Assembly (NCBI GenBank): GCA_032128875.1
Contig: JAVLKG010000003.1
Span: 257,008-321,007 of the forward strand
Source: Candidatus Melainabacteria bacterium 17Bon1m
GTDB lineage: Bacteria; Cyanobacteriota; Vampirovibrionia; Obscuribacterales; Obscuribacteraceae
DNA length: 64,000 bases
Reading direction: 5' to 3'
A program made the position numbers and the translations under genes. Below are positions 48,491-58,591 of this stretch, in pieces (the first letter of the stretch is position 1; the number at the start of each line of letters is the position of its first letter). The notes below the pieces were generated by a model, which saw only the letters and a list, made by a program, of their open reading frames with translations, was not told the origin of the DNA and made no database searches.

Positions 48491-49525
48491 ATGACGCTCG
48501 TGAAACAAAAACCGATTGTCCCTCCCACACACATCAACGAAATTATGTACGCGATGTGGCCTGCGCAAGCGCTGAAAGCGGCTACCCAGCACCATATTTT
48601 TGAGGCGCTGGAGAAAGAAGCGAAAGATGCGCAGGCAGTTGCAAAAGAGCTGAAGCTCGATCCAAGAGGAACAGAACTTTTGTTGGATGCTATTGTCTCT
48701 CTGGGTTTTCTCTCGAAAGCCGGCTCGCCCGCCAAATATTCCATTGCGAAAACTGACATCGGTGAGCAAGCGCGTACTTATTTGATCGCCAAGAGCCCTC
48801 TTTATGTTGGTCCTTGGTTTGCATCTGGTGAAGAACTCGGCAAAATGTGGCGTAATCTTGGCGACAACATCAAGTCTGGAAAAGGCGTCATGGAGGTCAA
48901 TAAAGACCACGAGGCGGTTGATATTTTTCCAAAACTCGCCGAAGCAATTTTTCCGATGAGTTATGCAACAGCAAAGCAGGTTGCGACTTTGCTGAAGACA
49001 GACAAGATCAAAACAGAATGGTTGGTGTTGGATTTAGCTGCAGGCTCTGGTGTTTGGAGCATTCCATTTGCAGAAGCAAGCCCAAAAGTGAAAGTCGATG
49101 CGCTGGATTTCGACGCAGTGATCAAAGTTGCGAAGCACTTCACCAAGAAATATGCGGTTGAAGATCGCTATGCCTATATCGCGGGAAACTGGCGCGATGT
49201 GCAGATCAAAGAGAATGCATACGACATCGTAATTCTCGGGCACATTTTGCATTCTGAAGGAAAAGAAGTTAGCAAAGCGCTGCTGAAGCGCTGTTTCGAA
49301 GTGATGAAACCGGGCGGGCGTCTGGTCGTGGCAGAGTTTATCGCCAACGATGAGCGCACGGGGCCTGTCTTTCCAATTATGTTTGCTTTAAATATGTTCC
49401 TCGCCACGTCAGAAGGCTGTGTCTTCAGCGAAGGCGAGCTCAAAGAAATGATTGAAGAAGCCGGCTTCAAAAAGCCATACAGACTGACTCCCGACCATGT
49501 CGTCGTCATTGCAGAAAAGCCGTAG
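48491..49525 (+). CDS. SAM-dependent O-methyltransferase (dimerisation domain plus Methyltransf_2)
   Basis: VLDLAAGSG, YDIVILGHILH, MKPGGRLVVAEF, FALNM, EAGF; GGAGG SD. Confidence 0.9.
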   Translation: MTLVKQKPIVPPTHINEIMYAMWPAQALKAATQHHIFEALEKEAKDAQAVAKELKLDPRGTELLLDAIVSLGFLSKAGSPAKYSIAKTDIGEQARTYLIAKSPLYVGPWFASGEELGKMWRNLGDNIKSGKGVMEVNKDHEAVDIFPKLAEAIFPMSYATAKQVATLLKTDKIKTEWLVLDLAAGSGVWSIPFAEASPKVKVDALDFDAVIKVAKHFTKKYAVEDRYAYIAGNWRDVQIKENAYDIVILGHILHSEGKEVSKALLKRCFEVMKPGGRLVVAEFIANDERTGPVFPIMFALNMFLATSEGCVFSEGELKEMIEEAGFKKPYRLTPDHVVVIAEKP

Positions 49526-49597
49526 CACTGGGCATTCAGTAGCGTAGATGTCCGAGACGACTGGTCGTTCAGCAGAGCTGACATTCTGATAGGAACT

Positions 49598-49677
49598 GAC
49601 GGTAAGGTTGTCCGGAGCAAAGACTAAGCCTGCTTCCGTCTTTGCGCAGGATGACCTTACCGTCCATCAAGACGGAA
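49598..49677 (+). other. Long intergenic RNA hairpin with an alternative pairing segment
   Basis: 16-bp stem with 2 G-U pairs plus 8-bp inner stem; AAGACGGAA (49669-77) is complementary to TTCCGTCTT (49634-42). Confidence 0.55.
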
Positions 49678-49700
49678 AGAAGCGATTCATTTACAGCCAG

Positions 49701-50171
49701 CTAGTCTCCGCCGCCAGCGGCGAAGTCGGGGCCGTTTTCTGTCATATTCCAGCGAAGCAATTCGCGGCGCCATTCCAAGTCGGCTTGCGCTTCTTTGAGA
49801 AGTGCCGACAATCCTTGGAAGTCTGCAAATGACAGGTCGATTGCCATACCGAGGTCGAATGTGAGTTTTACTCTTTCGCAGTTAGGCGCACAAGACATGC
49901 AGACAATGTGGTCGGGACCGCAGACTTCGATGACCTTGCTGTCTTCGCACAATAAAGGATCTTTCTGCCAATGCACGTATTCAACGAACTCTTCGTTGTC
50001 TTCCACGCTTTGCTGAATCAGTAAAACCAGCGCTTGATACTGAATGGTAGTCAGATAGACAGTGACTTCCTGGCGGCGAAAGTCAAGCGCGAATTCTCCA
50101 TTTTCCTTGTCCAGATAAAGGTCCGCAAAAGCGTTGGCGAAGCTTATTTGATGCGGGCTGCTAGTTTTCAT
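49701..50171 (-). CDS. Hypothetical protein with internal duplication and Cys cluster
   Basis: GAGG SD; two similar beta-beta-beta-alpha-like halves; CMSCAPNC. Confidence 0.7.
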   Translation of the reverse strand: MKTSSPHQISFANAFADLYLDKENGEFALDFRRQEVTVYLTTIQYQALVLLIQQSVEDNEEFVEYVHWQKDPLLCEDSKVIEVCGPDHIVCMSCAPNCERVKLTFDLGMAIDLSFADFQGLSALLKEAQADLEWRRELLRWNMTENGPDFAAGGGD

Positions 50172-50232
50172 CTGTGCGGGTTCCTCTGAGCTTTCGCAGG
50201 AAGACGGTGATTCGGGATTCGTTGATTCTGAC

Positions 50233-51258
50233 TTACTCTTCTTTTAGCCAATTCGCGATGTCACGTGCGTGATAAGTGATGATCATGTCGGCACCGGCGC
50301 GAACTACCCCTGTTAGGGTTTCGAGAACTACTCGGCGTTCGTCGATCCAGCCATTCTGAGCTGCAGCTTTTACCATCGAGTACTCTCCAGACACATTATA
50401 AGCGGCAATCGGCAGATCCGTAATTTGTCTGGCTTTTGTAATTATGTCCAAATAGGAAAGAGCGGGTTTGACCATGACGATATCAGCGCCTTCGGCGATG
50501 TCCTGCTCGATCTCTCTGAGCGCTTCGCGCCCGTTGGCCGGGTCCATTTGATAGGACTTGCGGTCGCCGAATTGAGGCGCTGACTGGGCCGCAACGCGGA
50601 ATGGTCCGTAGAGTCCGGAGGCGAATTTTGCTGCATAAGACATGATCGGAATGTGATGGAAGCCGCTGGCATCAAGAGCTTTGCGAATTACAGCTACGCG
50701 CAAGTCCATCATGTCGGAAGGGGCGATGATGTCTGCGCCAGCTTCGGCTTGAGCCACAGCTGTGCGAGCAATGATTTGCAGCGTGGGGTCATTTAGCACT
50801 TTGCCGTCGGCGATGAGACCGCAGTGCCCATGGTCTGTGTATTCGCATAGGCACAGGTCGGCAACGACGACCATATCGGGGAAGTGTTTTTTGATTTCCC
50901 GCATGGCTTTCTGAATGATGCCGTCTTTATGCCAAGCACCCGAGCCTTCAGCGTCCTTGCTGTCGGGGATACCAAACAGGAGGATGGATTTGATGCCTTG
51001 TTTTTGAACTTCTTCGACTTCTTTCAGCACTTCATCAATCGTTTGTTGATAAATGCCGGGCATTGAGCTGATTGGCTTTCTCTCTTTCTTGCCTTCAATG
51101 ATGAAGAAGGGGTAAATCAGCTTGTCGGTGCGTAGATGGGTTTCGCGAACCATGTCTCTGAGCTGCGGCGTCGATCTCAGGCGGCGCATGCGATGGGCGC
51201 CTTCAGGAATGAGATCGTTAAGAGAGAGCTTTTCAATCGTTGCTGCAGTGTCGCTCAT
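50233..51258 (-). CDS. hemB: Porphobilinogen synthase (Zn type)
   Basis: [52 protein letters not shown]. Confidence 0.97.
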   Translation of the reverse strand: MSDTAATIEKLSLNDLIPEGAHRMRRLRSTPQLRDMVRETHLRTDKLIYPFFIIEGKKERKPISSMPGIYQQTIDEVLKEVEEVQKQGIKSILLFGIPDSKDAEGSGAWHKDGIIQKAMREIKKHFPDMVVVADLCLCEYTDHGHCGLIADGKVLNDPTLQIIARTAVAQAEAGADIIAPSDMMDLRVAVIRKALDASGFHHIPIMSYAAKFASGLYGPFRVAAQSAPQFGDRKSYQMDPANGREALREIEQDIAEGADIVMVKPALSYLDIITKARQITDLPIAAYNVSGEYSMVKAAAQNGWIDERRVVLETLTGVVRAGADMIITYHARDIANWLKEE

Positions 51259-51507
51259 GGAAATCCTCTATGGAAAAGTTTTAGACCGCTGACGGCATTT
51301 CGCCGAACGCGATCGATAACTGGAATGGATAAGTATAACCAATAAATATATTCTTGTTGAAAAGCTTTCAGGTACAGGGCAGGTTTTCGGTCGCCAAATG
51401 CCGATCCTGGCAGATATTTAATGCGCTCAAAGGCTGACCTGGACCGGGCTTGTGGGTCACAATGCGATGAAAAAATTACGAATCCCCGTCCAGCCCACAA
51501 ATTTACA

Positions 51508-52629
51508 ATGCCAACAGACCTGCCCAGGCAAAGAAGAAAAACCGAGCGTATTACCGCCGAATTCGCCCTTCCCGGCAGCCGTTCGGGCACTGCTTCAACG
51601 GGCGCGCAGGTAAGATTTCCCACCGTTACACTCATGGCTTATGGTCCAGACGGCTGTGAAGAAAGGGAAGTGCGCGAGCCTGCCGATTTGATCGGTTACC
51701 TGGCTAACTGGCCGGTGTGCTGGATCACCATCGATCCACCTGGTGAGGGATACGAAGCGACGGTTGCAATTGAGAATTTCGCGAAGCTTTTCAATCTGCA
51801 CGAACTGGAAATCGAAGATATCGTCAACGTGCATCAACGCGCCAAAGTAGAAGAGTACGGTGAACACCTCTTCGTTGTAACCCGTATGCTGATAGATCCA
51901 TCGACCGCAGAAACCGAGCAATTGAGCATGTTTCTCGGGCGCAATTATGTTTTGACCTTTCGCGAAGTTCCTACCGATTGTCTGGAACCTGTTCGAGAAA
52001 AAATTCGCAAAGGGCGTGGCCGGGTGCGGCAAGAACAAGCTGACTACTTAATGTACGCAATCTGTGACGCCGTCGTAGATAGCTATTTCCCGCTGTTGTC
52101 CGCATTAGCCGATCAGTTGGATCAGATGGAAGACAACATATTGGAAAACAGTGGTGACGAGGCGGAAGCAGCGGCAACGATGTATCAAATTCGTCGCGAC
52201 CTTCTTTCAATACGGCGCGCAATTTGGCCGACAAGAGAACTTCTCAGCACATTGACGCGCGACACTGTGCCTCTAGTTACAGAGACCACTCGCGTCTACC
52301 TTCGCGATTGCTACGACCACGCTGTCCGCATCATCGACCTTGTGGAAATGTACCGCGAAGTAAGCACGGCCCTTATGGAAGTGCACTACCAGCGGGCTAG
52401 CAATAGGCTCAATGAAGTAATGAAGGTGCTTACTGTCATTACAACACTGTTCATTCCGCCGACACTGATTGCCGGAATTTACGGTATGAATTTCGAGCAC
52501 ATGCCGGAATTGAAATGGCCGTTTGGTTATCCAATTGCACTCTTGACGATGGCTCTTGTTTCCCTTGTCCTTCTGGCGTTCTTGCATATGAAAGGTTGGC
52601 TGCGCACAAAACCACGTGCGCGGCGATAG
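51508..52629 (+). CDS. corA: Magnesium/cobalt transporter CorA
   Basis: HQRAKVEEY, YLRDCYDH, NEVMKVLT, AGIYGMNF, MPEL. Confidence 0.95.
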   Translation: MPTDLPRQRRKTERITAEFALPGSRSGTASTGAQVRFPTVTLMAYGPDGCEEREVREPADLIGYLANWPVCWITIDPPGEGYEATVAIENFAKLFNLHELEIEDIVNVHQRAKVEEYGEHLFVVTRMLIDPSTAETEQLSMFLGRNYVLTFREVPTDCLEPVREKIRKGRGRVRQEQADYLMYAICDAVVDSYFPLLSALADQLDQMEDNILENSGDEAEAAATMYQIRRDLLSIRRAIWPTRELLSTLTRDTVPLVTETTRVYLRDCYDHAVRIIDLVEMYREVSTALMEVHYQRASNRLNEVMKVLTVITTLFIPPTLIAGIYGMNFEHMPELKWPFGYPIALLTMALVSLVLLAFLHMKGWLRTKPRARR

Positions 52630-52632
52630 TCA

Positions 52633-53391
52633 GTGGCGCTTCCTTCATTTCCACAAGCTATGGCAATGACTGCAGTGCAGCTCTCCATTGTCTTTGTCCC
52701 GATTGCCCTATATGGCGCCGTAAAAAGATCAAAAGAGATTTTTCGCCTTTCTGTGATTTCTCTGGTGCTTGTGTTCGCGCAGTCTGCAATTCTCTTTATG
52801 GCGAGTTTTGACGCTCTGTCTACGCTCCAGTACAACTGGCTGCAGAAATTTATCGTTTTCATATGCGCAATACTTTTGTGCAAACCATTAGGTGTTACAC
52901 CAAAAGAATGCGGATTTTTTCTCCCATCCAGCCGGACTGCATTGCTCTTCGCTTTTCTCGTCGGGACGGTGTATGCGGGCATCGACATTCTCGGAATTGA
53001 AGAACACAAAATACCTACGATTGAAACAGTTCTTTTCCAGCTTACTATGCCAGGTTTGCAGGAAGAACCTTTTTATCGCGGCTTATTGCTGAGTCTTTGG
53101 GATAAACATTTTGGTCGCCCGATCAAGGTTCTAGGCGTTAACTTTGGTTTGGGAAGCGTCATTACGACGGCGATTTTCACCGTCGTGCATTTAGTGTTTC
53201 TTGATGAGAATTGGAAGTTGGCAGTGAATCCAAACATTCTCGAGTGGATCAACTTTATCGTCTTCAGTTTTGTTATGTGCTGGTTGCGTTATAAATTTGA
53301 AAGCGTCTGGCCGTGTGTCTTGGCGCACAACTTCGACAATGGTTTTGTAAAACTGTTTTCCTGGTTTGTCAGCACTCATCCTCGCAGCTGA
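52633..53391 (+). CDS. CPBP (CAAX/Abi) intramembrane glutamic endopeptidase
   Basis: EEPFYRG, FTVVH, AHNFDN. Confidence 0.9.
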   Translation: MALPSFPQAMAMTAVQLSIVFVPIALYGAVKRSKEIFRLSVISLVLVFAQSAILFMASFDALSTLQYNWLQKFIVFICAILLCKPLGVTPKECGFFLPSSRTALLFAFLVGTVYAGIDILGIEEHKIPTIETVLFQLTMPGLQEEPFYRGLLLSLWDKHFGRPIKVLGVNFGLGSVITTAIFTVVHLVFLDENWKLAVNPNILEWINFIVFSFVMCWLRYKFESVWPCVLAHNFDNGFVKLFSWFVSTHPRS

Positions 53392-53420
53392 AAGCAGTGT
53401 GCCGTTGAAAGAGGCTCGAT

Positions 53421-54269
53421 TCAGTCTTTCTGGACGCCTTTCACGACAGCGTCGACGAGACCATCGATGGTAAAGACGTTGGCTTCTATATCAACTCGCC
53501 CGAGATGTTTTCTGGCGGCAGCCGAGGTTTCCGGACCGATGGTAGCGATGACAACGCCTTCTAGTGCGTAGGTTATGCTGTCCATTCCGATTGGCACTTC
53601 GATATTTTTGTCGCCAAGTTTTTTGTTTATACCTGTCGTCAAAATTGTTTTTAGATTGCGCGCGCTTTGCGCACTTGCCAGTGTAATTACATCAACCACG
53701 TTCTTCCAGAGCAAGGTGGTGAGCCGTTCTGCGATCTCCTGCTCGTTGGGAGGAAGCGAGGTGTGATATGCCTCTACGACGTCAACTTTTGCTCCTGCCT
53801 CTGTCATTCTATCGAGCACATATGGTCTACCTACGTTCGTGCGCGGCCATAAGATGCGCTTGCCATGCAGATTTGGATAGTCAGGAAATTCGGCCACCAG
53901 AGTCTCGGCGATAAAAGTCGAGGGACAAAAGCTTGCCTTAATACCATGTTCTTCAAGGGAGCTTGCAGTTCCCGGGCCGATAACGGCAAACTTGGTAAAG
54001 TCCAATTCTTCTTTGCCGATTCCGACTTGCGCCGAGCGGGCAACAAAGGCGTCGACTGCGTTTGCCGAGGCGAAAAGAACCCAATCATATCTTTTGATTT
54101 TCTCTATCGCTTCGTCAAGTGGTGCCCATGAATCAGGTGCTGTAATGGAAATTACGGGAAACTCGTAAATCTCTGCACCTAAATCTTTGAATTTCGAAGA
54201 CAAGCCGGCCGCCTGCTTTTTCGAGCGGGTCACAACTATTCGCAGTCCTTGCAGGGGCAGGTCGGTCAT
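53421..54269 (-). CDS. hemD: Uroporphyrinogen-III synthase
   Basis: IVVTR, YDWVLFASANAV, VIGPGT, AYHT, ASAQSA, IGPET. Confidence 0.93.
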   Translation of the reverse strand: MTDLPLQGLRIVVTRSKKQAAGLSSKFKDLGAEIYEFPVISITAPDSWAPLDEAIEKIKRYDWVLFASANAVDAFVARSAQVGIGKEELDFTKFAVIGPGTASSLEEHGIKASFCPSTFIAETLVAEFPDYPNLHGKRILWPRTNVGRPYVLDRMTEAGAKVDVVEAYHTSLPPNEQEIAERLTTLLWKNVVDVITLASAQSARNLKTILTTGINKKLGDKNIEVPIGMDSITYALEGVVIATIGPETSAAARKHLGRVDIEANVFTIDGLVDAVVKGVQKD

Positions 54270-54291
54270 CGTCTTGAATTAAGAAACTTGC

Positions 54292-55278
54292 TTACGGAGC
54301 TGATACCACATTTGGTGTTTGACGCCTGAGTTCTTCCATAATTTTGTCGCCTCCGGCACTCAACATTTTGTGTGCCAGATCTAGCCCTGTTTGGGCTGCT
54401 GCTTCCAGATTCCCACTTACTTTGCGTGACAGCGATTCTCTCATCAATTCTCTCCCGTCCAGTGATGCAATGCATCCGGTCAGGGTAATCGTGTCATTCT
54501 CGATGATGGCGCTGGCGCCGACCGGTACGGAGCATCCGCCGCCCAGTGTGCCGAGATATGCTCTTTCGCATTCCGCTTCTAGTCTGGCATTCCAGTCTTG
54601 AATTTCTTTGAGCAAATCTATTAGTGCTCCGTCACTGCTGCGGCATTCGATGGCGAGAGCCGCTTGACCTGCAGCTGGAGTCACTGTTTGCGTATCGAAG
54701 TAGTGACTGATGCGACCTTTCATCTCCAGCCTGTTCAGCCCTGCGCAAGCAAGCACAATGGCGTCGCAATAGCCTTCGTCGAATTTGCGAACACGCGTCG
54801 GCACATTGCCTCGGATGTCGACAAATTCTATGTCTTTGCGAAGATGCAATAGCTGAGCGGCGCGACGTCTGCTTGATGTAGCGATGCGGCTGCCGGCAGG
54901 TAGTTTTGAAAATTCCAGATTATCTTTGGATAGCAGCACGTCGCGCGGATCATTTCTGTCCAAAACCGCAGCCAGGCAGAGGCTTGGTGGCATGTCGGTG
55001 GGCAGGTCTTTCAAGCTGTGGACAACGAGGTCCACTTCGTCGCGCAGAAGAGCCTCTTCCAGTTCTTTGACGAACACGCCGCGTCCGCCCAATTCCGCTA
55101 TCGGACGGTCGAGAACTTTGTCGCCCTTTGTCGTGATCGGTACAATTTCAATTTCAACTGATGCCGAACTTGCATTCAGTCGAGTCTGGACAATATCGGT
55201 TTGCAAAAGCGCTAACTTACTTTCTCTGGTCCCGATTCGAATTTTGCGCGGCGTTTGAGCCGTTTTAGAACTTTGCAT
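54292..55278 (-). CDS. hemC: Hydroxymethylbilane synthase
   Basis: IGTRESKLA, VHSLKD, TSSRRR, IRGNV, PAAGQ, GGGCSVPVG. Confidence 0.96.
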   Translation of the reverse strand: MQSSKTAQTPRKIRIGTRESKLALLQTDIVQTRLNASSASVEIEIVPITTKGDKVLDRPIAELGGRGVFVKELEEALLRDEVDLVVHSLKDLPTDMPPSLCLAAVLDRNDPRDVLLSKDNLEFSKLPAGSRIATSSRRRAAQLLHLRKDIEFVDIRGNVPTRVRKFDEGYCDAIVLACAGLNRLEMKGRISHYFDTQTVTPAAGQAALAIECRSSDGALIDLLKEIQDWNARLEAECERAYLGTLGGGCSVPVGASAIIENDTITLTGCIASLDGRELMRESLSRKVSGNLEAAAQTGLDLAHKMLSAGGDKIMEELRRQTPNVVSAP

Positions 55279-55316
55279 GACCTGTTGTTTGTCATCAGAA
55301 ATACAAATCGCTGGGC

Positions 55317-56660
55317 TTACGATTCGCCTGCGTGCGAGCGCTTGCGACGTTGCGAGCGAGCGGCATGCGTGCACGACAGCGGGTCGAGACTAAACAGTGT
55401 GCGCAGTGCTTCTGCTTGCTGTCTCAGTATTTCGTAATCCGTCGTGGCTTTCAATTGAACAGTTGGTTGATGAAGAATTTGATTCACGATCGCGCGACTG
55501 ATGTGCTCAATCTCTTCAGGATGAGATGCCGAAGTTTTGTGCGACGACGTTTTTACCATGTGTTCGAGACGAATCGATTCGATTTTCTCGCGCAGCTCAG
55601 CAATTGTCGGACCGACAAGCTGTGAGCGTTGCCACCCGTGGAATGCATCGAGACCTTCGAAAACAATCGCTTCAGCGCCGGCAATGCAAGCTTCTCTTTC
55701 TTCCAGGTTGCGCGTCACGATGTTTGCCAGCGCATCCGAATTGAAGAGCGAAACGTCCTCAATTTCCTGAACAGCAGGGTCGACGTTGCGCGGGACAGAG
55801 ATGTCGATAATGCACGTCGGCTTTTTGCCGTGCTTTTGGCGAGCGGCGTTGAGCTCTTCCATGTCCAAAATCGTTTTGGGTGCACTGGTCGAAACGATGA
55901 CCAGATCAGCTTTCGCTGCCGCTTCATAGCGATCGTCAAAGCTGGTTTCGGTGTTCAGTCTTTGCAGATTAGGAAGATTGTTTTTGACAAACTCTGCCAG
56001 GCGCTCAGGTGTGCGATTGAGCAGGTTTACTTTGCCCGTGCCTTCTTCGGAAAGCAGGAGCTTGACGCAAATTTGTGCCATGCGCCCGGCGCCTACTACT
56101 GCGACGTTCAAATTATTGAGAGCGCCGACTTGGCTGCGAGCCAGTTCGAGAGCTGCAGAGCTTACCGAAACCGCGCGTCTGCCCATTTCTGTTTCGCTGC
56201 GCACGCGCTTGCCGCAATTGAGCGCCAGCATGAAAAGGTGGTCCAGAATCGGACCGGCGGTTTTTGCCTCTAGTGCAGCCTGATGAGCCTCTTTTACTTG
56301 CGCCATGATTTGCGCTTCGCCAAGGACCATGCTGTCCAAACCGGCTGCGACGCGGAAAAGGTGAACCGCGACGTCCTCGCGCAACAGCTTGAAATTCGGC
56401 TTGAGCGCGCCGTGGTCGCCAATTTGCTGGGTGGATGAGAAGAAGAAGTCGATTTCGCGCCAGCCCGCTTGAACATCCGAGACTACGGCATAAACTTCAG
56501 TGCGATTGCAGGTTGACAAGAGAACCGCTTCTGTCACATGCGGCAATCTCTTGAGTGCTTCGAGCGCATGTTTGAGGCAGGACTGCGGAATTGTAAAGCG
56601 CTCGCGAATGGCGATCGGCGAGGAATGGTAATTGAGTCCGCAGACAACGAGATGACTCAT
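55317..56660 (-). CDS. hemA: Glutamyl-tRNA reductase
   Basis: LSTCNRTE, GLDSMVLGEAQI, VSVSSAA, GAGRMA, NRT, DISVPRNVD. Confidence 0.96.
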   Translation of the reverse strand: MSHLVVCGLNYHSSPIAIRERFTIPQSCLKHALEALKRLPHVTEAVLLSTCNRTEVYAVVSDVQAGWREIDFFFSSTQQIGDHGALKPNFKLLREDVAVHLFRVAAGLDSMVLGEAQIMAQVKEAHQAALEAKTAGPILDHLFMLALNCGKRVRSETEMGRRAVSVSSAALELARSQVGALNNLNVAVVGAGRMAQICVKLLLSEEGTGKVNLLNRTPERLAEFVKNNLPNLQRLNTETSFDDRYEAAAKADLVIVSTSAPKTILDMEELNAARQKHGKKPTCIIDISVPRNVDPAVQEIEDVSLFNSDALANIVTRNLEEREACIAGAEAIVFEGLDAFHGWQRSQLVGPTIAELREKIESIRLEHMVKTSSHKTSASHPEEIEHISRAIVNQILHQPTVQLKATTDYEILRQQAEALRTLFSLDPLSCTHAARSQRRKRSHAGES

Positions 56661-56712
56661 TCGGGTCGTTGTCCTGAAAAAGCTGGGGATTCCTGATATT
56701 TCATGCCGCAGA

Positions 56713-57003
56713 TTATATCTGTAGAGATATGTCTAAAGCTTGAAAGAGATCAAAGGGTAACGAAACTATTTCTAATAAGCGCGCGAAACCACCAATATAA
56801 AGCACTCCGACTGATAAGGCTTTGCAAATGTTGCGACTGGCATTCGTGATGAGGGCCCTTCGATTCGCTTGTCTCAAATGCTCCGAAAGATGACGACTTT
56901 CCAGTGTCGCCGTATGCCCGAAAAGCCCGCCAAATGGCACCTCTTCTTTTTGCTGCTGCCCACGCCTTTGACTGTTAATCCCCAAAAGGTCCACAGGCGC
57001 CAA
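56713..57003 (-). CDS. Possible small hypothetical protein
   Basis: Co-oriented ORF filling the gap; hydrophobic C-terminus; start uncertain. Confidence 0.3.
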   Translation of the reverse strand: MAPVDLLGINSQRRGQQQKEEVPFGGLFGHTATLESRHLSEHLRQANRRALITNASRNICKALSVGVLYIGGFARLLEIVSLPFDLFQALDISLQI

Positions 57004-57101
57004 AAGTTTTGTCGTACTTCGACTCCCAAAACCTCAGTGCTTTTTGGAGTAAATCAGACTTTTGAAATTGAAGGTGGGATTGCGAACAGATTAAGTTCGG
57101 A

Positions 57102-58046
57102 TCAGTATTTCGCTCGGTTTATCCACAAATTGTTATGCCACTCATCCAATTTGGTTTTCAATTCCGGATGAATTTTGAGTGTGAGCCAATACAGGCCATC
57201 TAGCACTCGGAAACTGGGGCGCGAAAGCATGTCGTCTTTCGGGTCAGGCGAGTAAAAGAGGCGATTCTCCTTAACGGCTCTGAGCTTGTTCCACGGGAAG
57301 CGCTTAAACAGTTGCTGCTCCTTTGCGTCGTAAGGCAAAACAATCAGATCCGGGTCAGCCATGATCAGTCGTTCTGCAGAAAAATGCGGGTAGGGTTGTC
57401 GAATATTGGCAGCAATATTGGTGCCACCGCACGTGGTGATGACATCATTGAGAAAGCTGTTTTGTCCGACTGTGAGTAATGGTTGTGCCCATGTGCAGTA
57501 GAACACTTTTGGTCGTGTCTTTGCGCTTTTGACAATTGCCGTCAATTGAGAAATTGCATTCTCGAAAGCCAGAGCGACTTCGGCTCCGCGCTTTTCTTTT
57601 CTGCAAAATTTGCCGATTTGGCGAAGGTTGTTCGGTATGTCAGCCAGTGTGTTATTACTCAGCGACTTTACCTTGAATCCGCGCGCTGACAAAGTATGCG
57701 CGATCGCTTCTTGTCCGCTCACGACTAGAACAAAGTCTGGTTTTAAACGCATCATTCGCTCTAAATTCGCCGATACGAATGTGCCTGCGATCGGAACACC
57801 CTTCAGTGTTTGATCGGCATTGGGCAGAACTTGAGGGCAATTTGTGCAGACTCCTGCCAGCGAATTGCGTGCGCCTATATCAAGCAATAGTTCTGTATTT
57901 GAAGGCGCGAGCGAAACAACATTCGGTGGCGGCTGAGAATCTATAGCCGCCGCCGGTGTGATTGCGATGAGCGGCGCAAATGCAATGGCGACTAGGCTCG
58001 AAACACCAAAAGCTGAAGCCCGCAAGCCGTCTAAATTTCCATCCAC
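57102..58046 (-). CDS. Helical-backbone metal receptor (BtuF-like cobalamin/heme-binding protein)
   Basis: VVSLAPSNTELL, NLERMMRLKPD, SFLNDVITTCGGTNI, SAERLIMADPD, LRAVKENR, RPSFR. Confidence 0.88.
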   Translation of the reverse strand: MDGNLDGLRASAFGVSSLVAIAFAPLIAITPAAAIDSQPPPNVVSLAPSNTELLLDIGARNSLAGVCTNCPQVLPNADQTLKGVPIAGTFVSANLERMMRLKPDFVLVVSGQEAIAHTLSARGFKVKSLSNNTLADIPNNLRQIGKFCRKEKRGAEVALAFENAISQLTAIVKSAKTRPKVFYCTWAQPLLTVGQNSFLNDVITTCGGTNIAANIRQPYPHFSAERLIMADPDLIVLPYDAKEQQLFKRFPWNKLRAVKENRLFYSPDPKDDMLSRPSFRVLDGLYWLTLKIHPELKTKLDEWHNNLWINRAKY

Positions 58047-58591
58047 GCTAATACTTCCCTCACTCGCGCATCGCTGTCTTTATCGCTGATGGTAAGCGTT
58101 TTGTCCCACAAATTCCAATCGTACAAAGTCATGCGAATAATGCGGTCCATCTGCTTTTGGTAATCAGGCTCTGTCCAGCGAAAGCCGTCGTCCACCGGAG
58201 GAAACATTGGCGGCACATAGATGATATGCGTGTATGTTTCTGCCTGGCTGCGCGCTTTTGCATAGACTTCTTCTGTGTCGTAAGTCATCGCTGTGTTCTG
58301 GTTCCATCTTTGCCAGAGCGCCCAGCAATCAATGGTTGAGCGATCGGAGACGAAATTTTCCAAGCGATTCTCTTCTTCTATCTGGCGGTTCAAAACCTGC
58401 TTTTTGAACCCCTCCTGGTCGGGGATATTTCCTATCTTGTCGTATCCCATGTCCAGGCACATCTGGCGCGCCAGTTCTGGAATTATAGGTACAGAAAGCA
58501 AGGGAGCCAGCAGCTCCACTAGCGTGGTTTTGCCGACTCCGCTTGCGCCAGTTATGACAACCCTAGTTGTTGACTTTGGGTTTGTTGCCAT
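58031..58591 (-). CDS. AAA_28/NadR-like P-loop NTPase
   Basis: VITGASGVGKTTL, IPELAR, SDRSTID, DDGFR. Confidence 0.85.
   Translation of the reverse strand: MATNPKSTTRVVITGASGVGKTTLVELLAPLLSVPIIPELARQMCLDMGYDKIGNIPDQEGFKKQVLNRQIEEENRLENFVSDRSTIDCWALWQRWNQNTAMTYDTEEVYAKARSQAETYTHIIYVPPMFPPVDDGFRWTEPDYQKQMDRIIRMTLYDWNLWDKTLTISDKDSDARVREVLAWMEI

Noticed and set aside
56661..57101. Cobalamin riboswitch near the BtuF-like gene or hemA
   Set aside because: No B12-box recognised, and the region is downstream of the BtuF-like gene.
14250..57710. HIP1 (GCGATCGC) enrichment
   Set aside because: Only a few copies noticed in 64 kb, far below HIP1-rich cyanobacteria; not counted exhaustively.
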